This document shows, piece by piece, positions 29,947 to 38,527 of a stretch of 64,000 nt of DNA. The stretch is from an uncultured Gemmatimonadaceae bacterium. Lineage in GTDB: Bacteria > Gemmatimonadota > Gemmatimonadetes > Gemmatimonadales > Gemmatimonadaceae. Location of the stretch: NCBI GenBank assembly GCA_963736315.1, contig CAVTOB010000001.1, positions 958,287-1,022,286 of the forward strand. Reading direction: 5' to 3'. The position numbers were made by a program, and so were the translations under genes. Positions within the stretch are counted from its first letter, which is position 1. The number at the start of each line of letters is the position of its first letter. Under the pieces are notes generated by a model that ran no database searches, was not told where the DNA came from, and saw only the letters and a list, made by a program, of their open reading frames with translations.

Positions 29947-30155
29947 CCAAGGTGTCTACTAAACCGGGTGAGCTCCAACTCTGACGTAAGCCGCGACCGT
30001 GGCGGTAGTGCTATGTGATCGGCCACGGGATCGCCGGCGCGTACACTGCGCATCGCTGCGACAATCGCGGCGAAAGCCAATTCGCCTTCTGTTGGCTGTC
30101 GCTCTTTCGGCGGACCTCGAAATCTCGGGCCGAGCCTTCGTGCGACTGGCGCCGG

Positions 30156-30177
30156 TGTTTCCGTTGCTGTTTCCGTT
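30156..30177 (+). repeat. Two direct copies of TGTTTCCGTT (candidate arm-type sites, attR arm)
   Basis: The decamer occurs at 30156-30165 and 30168-30177, in the same orientation as the pair at 24424-24446. Confidence 0.5.
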
Positions 30178-30315
30178 GCCGGCCGCTGCTCGCGAAACTC
30201 TGGTTGCGTCGTGACAGCGTGAAGGTCGGCGGATCCAGCCTTCGTCGCTATGAAATGTCCGTTATCTTGCCCGTCATTGTACCGGTTTTGGCTCCGTTCT
30301 CGAACGGATTCAGAG

Positions 30316-30374
30316 GCCTGGAAAGTGTGTGTACGGCAAAACCGTACCGTGGGTTCGAATCCCACCCCATCCGT
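30316..30374 (+). repeat. attR core (duplicated 3' part of tRNA-Ser(GGA), no 5' half)
   Basis: 59/59 identity to 24316-24374. The sequence upstream of 30316 is unrelated to the tRNA 5' half. Confidence 0.9.
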
Positions 30375-30605
30375 GGAAAGGCCAACCACTGGAACTCTCA
30401 TTGCAGCGAGAGGGAATCACGTGGCGCGGCCGATGTAGTACACGGGTGATGCCCGTTGTAACCAGGGACTTCCCGCAGATCGTCGCGGTGCCTGAGCGGG
30501 GTCACGCTCAGATGAACACGTCGTGCGTGTCGCGCCCCAGCGTGATGGGCAACCAGTGCTCTAGCCCGACTCGTGAGCCCCGCTGGTTAGGTGAGCGTGT
30601 GTTGC

Positions 30606-31523
30606 TCATGGACGAACGCGAATGATCGTCTTCCCGGGGCGTCGTGCGGTCGGGTTGAAGGCGGCGACGGCGTCGTCGAGGGTCGAGACGGTGCCGATGT
30701 TCGTCCGCAGCCGGCCGTCCCGCACCCGCTGGACGATCTCACTCAATTGGGCACGATCGGACTCGACGACGAAGTCGACGGCCAGGCCGTGGTCGGGCCG
30801 CGCCTCGGACGGCCCGACGATGGACACCAGCGTTCCTCCGGCTCGAACCAGGCGTGCGGACCGCTTCCCGATTTCGCCGCCGATGAGATCGAACACTACA
30901 TCGACTCCGCCGGCGTCTTCGAGGACGTCGTTGTCGAGGTCGACAAACTCCTGCGCGCCGAAGTCGAGTGCCTTCTGACGGTCGGCAGTGCGTCCAGTGC
31001 CGATGACGTGGGCGCCGGCCTCTCGTGCAAGCTGCGCCACCATCGACCCGACTGCGCCGGCTGCGCCGTGCGCGAGGACGCTCTGCCCCGCCTGAAGGCG
31101 GCCGTGCTCGAACAGTCCCTGCCATGCAGTTAGGCCCGAGATCGGCAGGCTCGCGCCCACCGTGAAGTCGACGTCGCCCGGCAGCGGCGCGAGGTTGCGT
31201 GCCTCGACGGCCGCGTATTCCGCCAGGGTCCCGTCGCGAGTCCAGTCCGTGAGGCCGAACACCCGCTGTCCCACCGACAGCCCCGTCGTGCCGTATCCGA
31301 GGGCGATGACCACTCCGGCCAGCTCATGCCCAGGGATCGACGGTGTTCGGTCACGATTGAGGCGATCAGTCCAGGTCGAGGGCCACGCCAACTCAGTCCC
31401 GACGAATCCCGACGCATGCACCTGAACGACGACGTCGTTTATTGCCGCCTGCGGCTCGGGCCGCTCCATCAGCTTCATCCCAGCCGGTCCGGCCGCCTGG
31501 TCCGTCACAACGATTGCCTTCAT
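30606..31523 (-). CDS. NADPH:quinone oxidoreductase / zinc-type alcohol dehydrogenase superfamily (MDR) protein
   Basis: IPGHELAGVVIALG ... GQSVLAHGAAGAVGSMVAQLA (Rossmann GxxGxxG). Length is 305 aa. Confidence 0.88.
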   Translation of the reverse strand: MKAIVVTDQAAGPAGMKLMERPEPQAAINDVVVQVHASGFVGTELAWPSTWTDRLNRDRTPSIPGHELAGVVIALGYGTTGLSVGQRVFGLTDWTRDGTLAEYAAVEARNLAPLPGDVDFTVGASLPISGLTAWQGLFEHGRLQAGQSVLAHGAAGAVGSMVAQLAREAGAHVIGTGRTADRQKALDFGAQEFVDLDNDVLEDAGGVDVVFDLIGGEIGKRSARLVRAGGTLVSIVGPSEARPDHGLAVDFVVESDRAQLSEIVQRVRDGRLRTNIGTVSTLDDAVAAFNPTARRPGKTIIRVRP

Positions 31524-31762
31524 CGTCCACCTCCTCCATGTGTGCTATATCATCTTCCGAATTCCTTGATGGTGTTCACTGATCCTTCGACTCATGCGGC
31601 GATGCTCGAATCGAGCCACGCAGTGCGCAGTGGTGGGCTCGGACGCGAGCGCCGCGAACCCTAGCCGCCATTCCCCGCGCGTTGGGGCCGGCCGTCGCGA
31701 TCGGTGTCGATTGGTTGGGGGCCTCGTAGCTGGATTGTTTGCACTCATGGCTCGGAGCACGC

Positions 31763-34202
31763 ATGGATCGGCTGCGGCTGGACATTCGCCTCGCGCTTCG
31801 CGGCTTTCGCGCGTCACCGGCGTTTCTTTGTACGGCGATCGGTGTTCTCGCGCTGGGCATCGGCATGTCGGTGGCGATCTTCACCGTCTTCCGCACCGTC
31901 TTGATTCGAAAGCTGCCCGTGACGGACCAGGACCGTGTCGCGGTGATGTGGACGTATCGGGAGCCGTCAACCGATTTCGCGCTCGACCCGCGTGAGCTCG
32001 GCGATCTCCGCCGGTCGTCGCGCACGATGACCGACATCGCCGGCGTCGCGCACTGGGGAGCCGCGCCGGGCGCCATTCGCGATGGCGATCGCGCGTTGAA
32101 CCTCAATAACGCCTACGTGACCGGCAACTTCTTCGACGTGCTTGGCGCGCGGGCCGTCGTCGGCCGATTGCTTCGATCAAGCGACGACGACGCCACCGAC
32201 TCGCTCCGCTTTGGGCCGAGCGTCTCGAGAAGTCTCGTGTTGAGCTACCACACGTGGAAAGGCGACTTTGGCGGCGACTCCGCCGTCGTTGGACGACATC
32301 TGGCCGACGGGCTGACCGGCTGGACCTATACCATCGTCGGCGTCGCGCCGCCGGGCCTCGACTATCCGGTAAACACCGATGTCTGGATCCCGATCGTCGG
32401 CGGCTGGCGAGTCATATACGTCGGTGTTCGTCGTCGGGCGCCTCGCCGGGACCAGCTCACTCGCGGCGGCGCGCGACGAGTATCTCGCCGTCTCGAATCG
32501 CACGGCTCCGCTGTTGCGCGCCACCGGCGCGCACGCCGAAACGTTCACGAACGCCGTGGTCGGGAACGTCAAGCCGATTGTCGCGCTGCTCACGGCGGCG
32601 GCGGCGCTGTTGCTCCTCATCGCTTGCATCAACGTCGGCAACCTCTTGCTGCTTCGCGCCTCCGGCCGCACGCGCGAGTTCGCCGTTCGGCGAGCCCTCG
32701 GCGCCACCTATGGCAATGTCGTCCAGCAGCTGTTGGTCGAAGCCGTGCTGCTCGCCGTGGGCGGCGGCGTCGCCGGGCTGCTCGTTGCCGCGGCGCTGGT
32801 GCGTGCCGTTCCACTGATCGCGCCGCCCAATGTGCCGCGGCTCGACGAGATTCGCCTTGCTGGCGCTCCAATCGTCGGCGCGATCGCGGTGTCGGCGCTC
32901 GCGGTGCTGATATTCGGCTTGATGCCGGCGCTGGTCGCGGCGCGTGGCAACCTCGGCTCACCGCTCCGGCTCGACGCACGCTCGGGCCGCGAGACGCGCC
33001 GGCGACGCATGGCTCGCCAAACCCTCGTCGGCTCACAGGTCGCGCTGGCGATGGTCATGCTTGGCGGTTCGACATTGCTCGCGAGAAGTCTAGAACGCCT
33101 CGAACGCGACGATCCCGGCTACGTGAGCGATCATCTGGTCATACTGGACGTGACGTGGGACATCTCGCGCGACGCGATCGGGCCGGCGAGCGCCAAGCTC
33201 GCCCACCGTCTCGAGCTGCGTCTCGAACAGGTTCCCGGCGTGACGGCGGCCACGCCGCTCGTGTTGCAGCCATTGATGGGCACGGGCGTGTGGCAGATCC
33301 GACTCGAGAAGGCCGAGCAGCACGGAGTGGAGTGGCAGTCGAACCCCACGCTGCCGGCCGACATTGTCGGCGCGGGCTTTTTCAAGACGTTCGGCATACG
33401 GATGGCGCAGGGCCGCGCGTTCACGGATCACGACGACGCGAGCGCGCCCCTCGTCCTCATCGTGAGCGAATCGTTCGCGCGACGGATGTGGCCCGGCGAA
33501 GACGCGATCGGGAAACGAGTGCGAATGCCGGCGGCGCGGGAGACGGATATTGTCGGTGGCAATGGCTGGCGCACCGTCGTCGGGGTGGCGCACGATTCGC
33601 GCTTGCGCAACGTGCGCGAGACGACACCGATCGTCTACTTCCCGATCGGTCAAGGCACCTGGCAAGGGTCGTTCGCCCTTCGCAGCCCCGTGCCGCTCGC
33701 CACGTTGCTTCCGGCGCTGCGCGCCGCCACGCGCGATGCCGATCCCGGGCTCACCCTGTGGAACGCGCGGACGATGGGCGAGCTGCTCGATCGCCCACTC
33801 GCCGAGCCGCGCGTCAGCGCGCTCTTGATGTCGGCGTTTGGGCTCGTTGCGCTGCTCCTCGCCTCGATCGGGCTCTATGGCGTGATGTCATCGCTGGTGC
33901 GCGAGCAGACGCGCGAGATCGGCATCCGCATCGCGCTCGGCGCGACGGCATCGGTGGTGCGGCGCGCCGTCCTGGCGCGCGCCGCGATCGTCACGACGAG
34001 CGGCGCGGCGATCGGACTGGTCGTCGCGCTGGCCACGTCGCATCTGCTCGGCGCACTCCTCTACGACGTCAGCTCGACGGATCCACTGTCGCTCGGCGTG
34101 GCGTGCGCCGTGCTGCTGGGGATCGGTGCCGTCGCGGCGTATCTCCCGGCGCACCGCGCGACCAAGATCGATCCGGCTCGGGCACTCCGTGAGGGCGAGT
34201 GA
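31763..34202 (+). pseudogene. ADOP-family duplicated FtsX-type ABC permease, interrupted by a +1 frameshift near 32400-32424
   Basis: The N-terminal part (MDRLRLDIRLALRGFRASPAF ... DVWIPIVGG) is in the frame of ORF 31739. The rest (VFVVGRLAGTSSLAAARDEYL ... to the stop at 34202) is in the frame of ORF 32379. After the switch, the first frame becomes Arg-rich nonsense. Confidence 0.8.
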
Positions 34203-34313
34203 CGTGGCAAGCGAGCGATTGCAACTTCCGACGGTCGTTCTCATGTTCAAACGGTCAAGACGCTCGAATGAGTCGCTCGACAATCGAGATCCGCTGAACA
34301 GAAAACGACGCCC

Positions 34314-34856
34314 GTGGCTGCGTCCCGACATTTCGGCCCTGCGATTGAAAGCTCGGAGTCGCTCGACGCGCTCATGCCGCTCGTCTATGGTGAACTGCGG
34401 CGGATCGCTCACGCCCAGCTGGCGCGCGACCGCGGCTCGACGCTGGCCACCACCGGGTTGGTGCACGAGGTCTATCTCCGGCTGGCCGGCAGCAGGCTGG
34501 CCGCTTCAATGGATCGTGTGCACGTGCTCGCGTTGGCGGCCGTGGCGATGCGCCAAGTCATCGTTGATCGCGCGAAGGCGCGGCGGGCGCTCAAGCGAGG
34601 CGGGGCGGGCTACCGCGTCACGCTGGACGAGGAAGCCATCGCCGCGGAAGACCAATCCGAGGCGGTACTCGAAATTCACGACGCGCTCGACCGCCTCGCG
34701 TCGATCGACGAGCGGCTGGCTCGGGTCGTGGTGCTTCGATTCTTCGGCGGCTTGCCGCCGGAAGCGATCGCCGACGTGAACGGCGTGACCGTCCGCACCG
34801 TCGAACGCGATTGGGCGAAGGCCCGCATGTTGCTCCGCGAGCTTCTCGGGCAGTGA
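34314..34856 (+). CDS. ECF-type RNA polymerase sigma factor (kinase-associated type, TIGR02999-like)
   Basis: LMPLVYGELRRIAHAQLARDRG ... TTGLVHEVYLRL (region 2) and VVVLRFFGGLPPEAIADVNGVTVRTVERDWAKARMLL (region 4). Confidence 0.88.
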   Translation: MAASRHFGPAIESSESLDALMPLVYGELRRIAHAQLARDRGSTLATTGLVHEVYLRLAGSRLAASMDRVHVLALAAVAMRQVIVDRAKARRALKRGGAGYRVTLDEEAIAAEDQSEAVLEIHDALDRLASIDERLARVVVLRFFGGLPPEAIADVNGVTVRTVERDWAKARMLLRELLGQ

Positions 34857-36913
34857 CCGATCCACCGCGATCATATCCCACGCCGGTAGGGATCGACGAG
34901 CGCGCCTCGATCTCGTCCGAACGGTGGGCAGTACTCGAACCGCTGATCGATGCGGCGCTCGATCTCCCGCCCGAGGAGCGCGATGCATACTTCGACCGGG
35001 CCTCGGACGGTGATCGGCCGTTGCGTGCGCAACTCGCGCGCCTCGTCGCCGCTTGCGAACGGGGCGACGCGCTCCTCGACGCGCCCGCCGGCGCGCGGTT
35101 TGCCGCCCTGCTCGAAGAGACGCCGCCACGAATCTTGAATGGGCGATTCGTGATCGAACGCGAGATCGGCCGCGGCGGCATGGCGGTCGTCTATCTGGCT
35201 CATGACCGCAAGCACGATCGACCAGTGGCGGTCAAGATCCTCGGGCCCGACGCGGCGGCCGCGATCGGCGCCGACCGCTTCGATCGAGAGATCAAGTTCG
35301 CCGCCCGGCTTCATCATCCGAACATCGTCCCCCTGTACGACTCTGGAGACGAGCAGGGCTGGCTGTATTACGTCATGCCCGTGATGCGCGGTGGCAGCTT
35401 GCGACAACGGCTGACCTCGGGCACGCCGCTTTCGTCAGAGGCCGTGCAGCGAATCGTGCGCGAGATCGCCGCCGCGCTGTCGCACGCGCACGAGCAGAAC
35501 GTCGTCCATCGCGACGTGAAACCGGAGAACATCCTGTTCGACGGGGAACGCGCCATGCTCGCCGACTTCGGCGTCGCTCGACCGCCCTTGTCCGTTGGCG
35601 CTTCGGCCGGAACGCCCGAGTACATGAGTCCCGAGCAGGCAGACGGACGTGGACCGGTCGACGCGCGCAGCGACGTCTACTCGCTGGCCGTCGTCGTGCA
35701 GGAAATCCTCGGCCGATCGTCGATGGACGCGAGCAATCCCTCGCTCACGTCGTCGACGGAGGTGCCGTGGGCCGCGCACGATGTGCTGCGGCGCGCCCTC
35801 GCCCGCCACGCGGCCGAGCGGTTTCCGTCTTCTTCGAGTTTCGAGCACGCGTTCTCGGCGGCGTTCGCGATCGCCCGCTCTCGACGCGCGACGCGACGCT
35901 GGGTGGTGGGGGGGGGCATTGGGTTCGTGGCTGCCGTGTCGGTCGCGGCTTATGCGGTCATCGCCACGCGCGGGCATCGTCCCAACGCCGATGCGTTCGA
36001 GCTGTATATGCGCGGCACGGATCAGCGGCTCTTCCGCAGCGACAGCGGAACGCGAGCCGCGGTTGGGATCCTCGGTCGCGCGGTGGCGGCTGACTCGCTC
36101 TTTCCCGGCGCATTTGCCGCCCTGGCGCGCGCGTACAACGCCGTTTGTCTGGGCGGCGAGGCGCGCCCGGCCCGGCTGGTGGCGTGCGACAGCGGTGCGG
36201 TCGCTGCGCGGCACGCAATCGCGCTCGACTCGAGCCTCGCCGACGGCTACGGCGAACTTGCCTGGGCGAGTCTCAATCGGCTCGATTTCTCGACGGCCGA
36301 GGCGGCGGCGCGCCACGGAGTGGCCGTGGAGCCGGACAATTCCGAGGCCCACCAGTTCGTCGCCGCCGTCGACTTCTGGCTCGGCCGCGTGGACGAGGCA
36401 ATCGCGGAGTCACGCCGCTCCGTCGCACTCAGCCCTCGCGCGATTGATGCCATCGCGCACGATGGTCGGATCCTCGCGATGGCCGGGCGGGAAGACGAAG
36501 CGCTCGTTCTCCTGCAGCCGTTGCAGGCATTGCGTCCCAAGGTCCGTCGCGTCAGCGAGGCTGTGGCAAGCATCTACGAGGAACGCAGAATGTGGGGCGA
36601 TGCCATGGTCGAAGCCGGCAACGATTCAGGTCGCATCGCGCGCATTCTCGCCGAGTCGGGGCGCGGTGCGGAGGCCCGCGCGATTCTCGGAGGTCTCGAG
36701 GCGCGATGGAACGTCGGTCGCGGTCGGGCGTGGGATGTGGCAGGCGTCTTCTTCGGCCTGCACGAGTACGACAGCGCGTTCACCTGGCTCAATCGCTCGG
36801 TCGATGACCTCACTCTTCGGGACAACATCTTCGCGCCGGGCTTCGCCGCGGCGAGGACGGACCCGCGATTCGGGGATCTGATGCGGAGGGTCGGTCTGCC
36901 GGCACGGCGCTAG
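34853..36913 (+). CDS. Serine/threonine protein kinase with a TM segment and C-terminal TPR-like region
   Basis: GTG 34853 forms a GTGA overlap with the sigma stop. GRGGMAVVYLAHD ... AVKIL, HRDVKPENILF, DFG and PEYMSPEQ are present. The TM segment is WVVGGGIGFVAAVSVAAYAVIA. Confidence 0.9.
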   Translation: MTDPPRSYPTPVGIDERASISSERWAVLEPLIDAALDLPPEERDAYFDRASDGDRPLRAQLARLVAACERGDALLDAPAGARFAALLEETPPRILNGRFVIEREIGRGGMAVVYLAHDRKHDRPVAVKILGPDAAAAIGADRFDREIKFAARLHHPNIVPLYDSGDEQGWLYYVMPVMRGGSLRQRLTSGTPLSSEAVQRIVREIAAALSHAHEQNVVHRDVKPENILFDGERAMLADFGVARPPLSVGASAGTPEYMSPEQADGRGPVDARSDVYSLAVVVQEILGRSSMDASNPSLTSSTEVPWAAHDVLRRALARHAAERFPSSSSFEHAFSAAFAIARSRRATRRWVVGGGIGFVAAVSVAAYAVIATRGHRPNADAFELYMRGTDQRLFRSDSGTRAAVGILGRAVAADSLFPGAFAALARAYNAVCLGGEARPARLVACDSGAVAARHAIALDSSLADGYGELAWASLNRLDFSTAEAAARHGVAVEPDNSEAHQFVAAVDFWLGRVDEAIAESRRSVALSPRAIDAIAHDGRILAMAGREDEALVLLQPLQALRPKVRRVSEAVASIYEERRMWGDAMVEAGNDSGRIARILAESGRGAEARAILGGLEARWNVGRGRAWDVAGVFFGLHEYDSAFTWLNRSVDDLTLRDNIFAPGFAAARTDPRFGDLMRRVGLPARR

Positions 36914-37053
36914 AGGACTGTCGCTCCGGACCGCCGAATCTCCGCGGTGCCCCCGGGGCTGGGGGGGCCGCATCTTTGTCGGCCGGCGATCGAAAAGGTC
37001 GTATTCCAGGGCGAGGCCTTCATCTGCGGAACGCGTGGATCCCTTTGTCGACG

Positions 37054-38253
37054 ATGAAATACTCTAGCCTGCTCTCACTGCTCATCGTGGCGTGCAGCGA
37101 CCAGGTGTCGGCGCCGTCAAAGCCGACGCCCGTGGCGCCAACGACGCCCACCACCCCGGCTCCCCAACCCGGGCCTCTCGCCGAGTGGCTGACCGTCTCG
37201 AGCCCGATCGTTCGCGGTAGCGGCACGAGCGCGCGAAGTGTCGCATACGTCTCGCTTCCGCCCGGCCACGTGAATGCAACGGACTCCGTCTTCCTCACCA
37301 ATCGCAGAACGGGCTTGATTGTTTGGCCGGTCGTGATTGCTGGCGGTTTCGATCCGGTGGCGATCGACGCCGCGTTGAACGACACCGTCGACGTCACCGT
37401 CTGGGAGTATCCCACGGCCCAGGTCACACACACTCTCGGCGTGGTGGCCGCGCGAACCGCGCTAAGGCTTGTTCGGACCGATCCCGTGAACGCGTCGAAT
37501 GCGGTTGCCCTCGACGCGTCGGTCGTCGCTGTGTTCAGCGAGCCGCTGAATCCGGCGGCATTGTCCGGAGGGATACGTCTCAGCCACATCGGCCAGGATG
37601 TCCCTGCGTCGCTGGCGGTCGACTCGAGCGGGACGCGAGTGACACTTCGGCCGGTGACCATCTTGGCCTCTGGCGAGCCCTACGATGTTTACATAGGCCT
37701 GGCCCTCGCCGGTGTGACTGGAGCGACGCCGTCTGGCTCCGTCACGGTTTTCTTTCAAACCGCTCCGACCGGCGATACCACGGCGGTGAGTCAGCTGACC
37801 GGCGAATGGGACGCAACGAGCTGGCGATTTACAGACGTCAATGCGCCATCCATCTGGGACGACCCAGTTGTTGGTTGGGGGCCAGGTGCCTACTACCGGC
37901 TTCATCTCGTTGTCGGCGCAGCAGGGGGAACGGCCGGACCCGGTTCGGTCGTGTGGCGGCTGACAATGACCTGGCAGCTCGGAGGGGCGGACAGTGGATC
38001 GGCCGACATCCGAGGGACCGCGACAATCGGTACCAGCTGGTGGCTCGGCCGCACCACTCAATCGCCTTGGATCCAGGACACGTCGCCTTGTGGGGCAGGG
38101 TGGATTTGCCCGCTGCAGGACTATCAAGACTTCCGCGTGAATGGGAACGTGCTCACGCTCACCAGGCGCGATTCGTCGCTGATTTACGTCGACGGCATAA
38201 ACCCGCCGTGGCCCGCGCGCGAGGTCCTCACGCTGCAACGCGCGACGCCGTGA
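37054..38253 (+). CDS. Hypothetical lipoprotein with an Ig-like (SbsA/Big_5-like) segment
   Basis: ATG 37054 gives MKYSSLLSLLIVAC (lipobox), then a Pro/Thr linker. LVRTDPVNASNAVALDASVVAVFSEPLNPAAL ... VTLRP resembles bacterial Ig-like domains. Confidence 0.6.
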   Translation: MKYSSLLSLLIVACSDQVSAPSKPTPVAPTTPTTPAPQPGPLAEWLTVSSPIVRGSGTSARSVAYVSLPPGHVNATDSVFLTNRRTGLIVWPVVIAGGFDPVAIDAALNDTVDVTVWEYPTAQVTHTLGVVAARTALRLVRTDPVNASNAVALDASVVAVFSEPLNPAALSGGIRLSHIGQDVPASLAVDSSGTRVTLRPVTILASGEPYDVYIGLALAGVTGATPSGSVTVFFQTAPTGDTTAVSQLTGEWDATSWRFTDVNAPSIWDDPVVGWGPGAYYRLHLVVGAAGGTAGPGSVVWRLTMTWQLGGADSGSADIRGTATIGTSWWLGRTTQSPWIQDTSPCGAGWICPLQDYQDFRVNGNVLTLTRRDSSLIYVDGINPPWPAREVLTLQRATP

Positions 38254-38316
38254 ACGAGGTCGGCTCCCGCCAAGCTCAATTGGAGGCTGTCCCGCGCTAC
38301 TGGTCTGCTCTGGCGA

Positions 38317-38451
38317 ATGTCATCGCTGGTGCGGGAGCAGGCGTGCGAGATCGGCATCCGCATCGATCGGACTGGTCGTCGCGCTGGCCACGTCGCATCT
38401 GCTCGGCGCACTCCTCTACGACGTCAGCTCGACGGATCCACGTCGCTCGGC
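38317..38451 (+). pseudogene. Decayed, internally deleted duplicate of the 3' end of the ADOP permease gene
   Basis: 38317-38364 matches 33885-33932 with 3 mismatches. 38362-38437 is identical (76/76) to 34011-34086. After a 1-nt deletion, 11 more nt match. It encodes GLVVALATSHLLGALLYDVSSTDP out of any complete ORF. Confidence 0.8.
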
Positions 38452-38527
38452 GACTCGAGGCGTGAGACGTGACGGGACACGGTCGTCTCGGATACTTTTG
38501 TGTGTCCCGTTCACCAGGGGTCGATTA

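Larger units (their letters stand above)
28718..29977 (+). mobile_element. IS3-family insertion sequence (1,260 bp) with two ORFs and a frameshift site
   Basis: Imperfect 28-bp terminal inverted repeats match at 24/28 positions, starting TG and ending CA. It is flanked by a 3-bp direct duplication ACT (28715-28717 and 29978-29980). Confidence 0.92.
24316..30374. mobile_element. Integrative genomic island (6,000-bp repeat-to-repeat unit) in tRNA-Ser(GGA)
   Basis: The perfect 59-bp direct repeat 24316-24374 = 30316-30374 covers the anticodon loop to the 3' end of the tRNA. A tyrosine integrase abuts the tRNA. An Xis-like HTH, low-GC cargo and an IS3 element lie inside. Confidence 0.85.

Noticed and set aside
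29943-30401. 152-aa minus-strand ORF between the IS and attR
   Set aside because: Its first 30 or so codons are the reverse complement of the tRNA-derived att repeat, and it runs into the IS end. I checked whether the IS had split a host gene here. In this ORF's frame the pre-insertion sequence hits a stop at 28698-28700, only a few codons beyond the junction, so there is no convincing disrupted gene.
31739-34192. Single 817-aa ORF taken at face value as one permease
   Set aside because: Only the first 220 or so codons look like protein. The remainder is Arg/Ala/Gly-rich nonsense, while the overlapping +1 frame (32379..34202) carries the real FtsX-type sequence. It is reported instead as a frameshifted gene.
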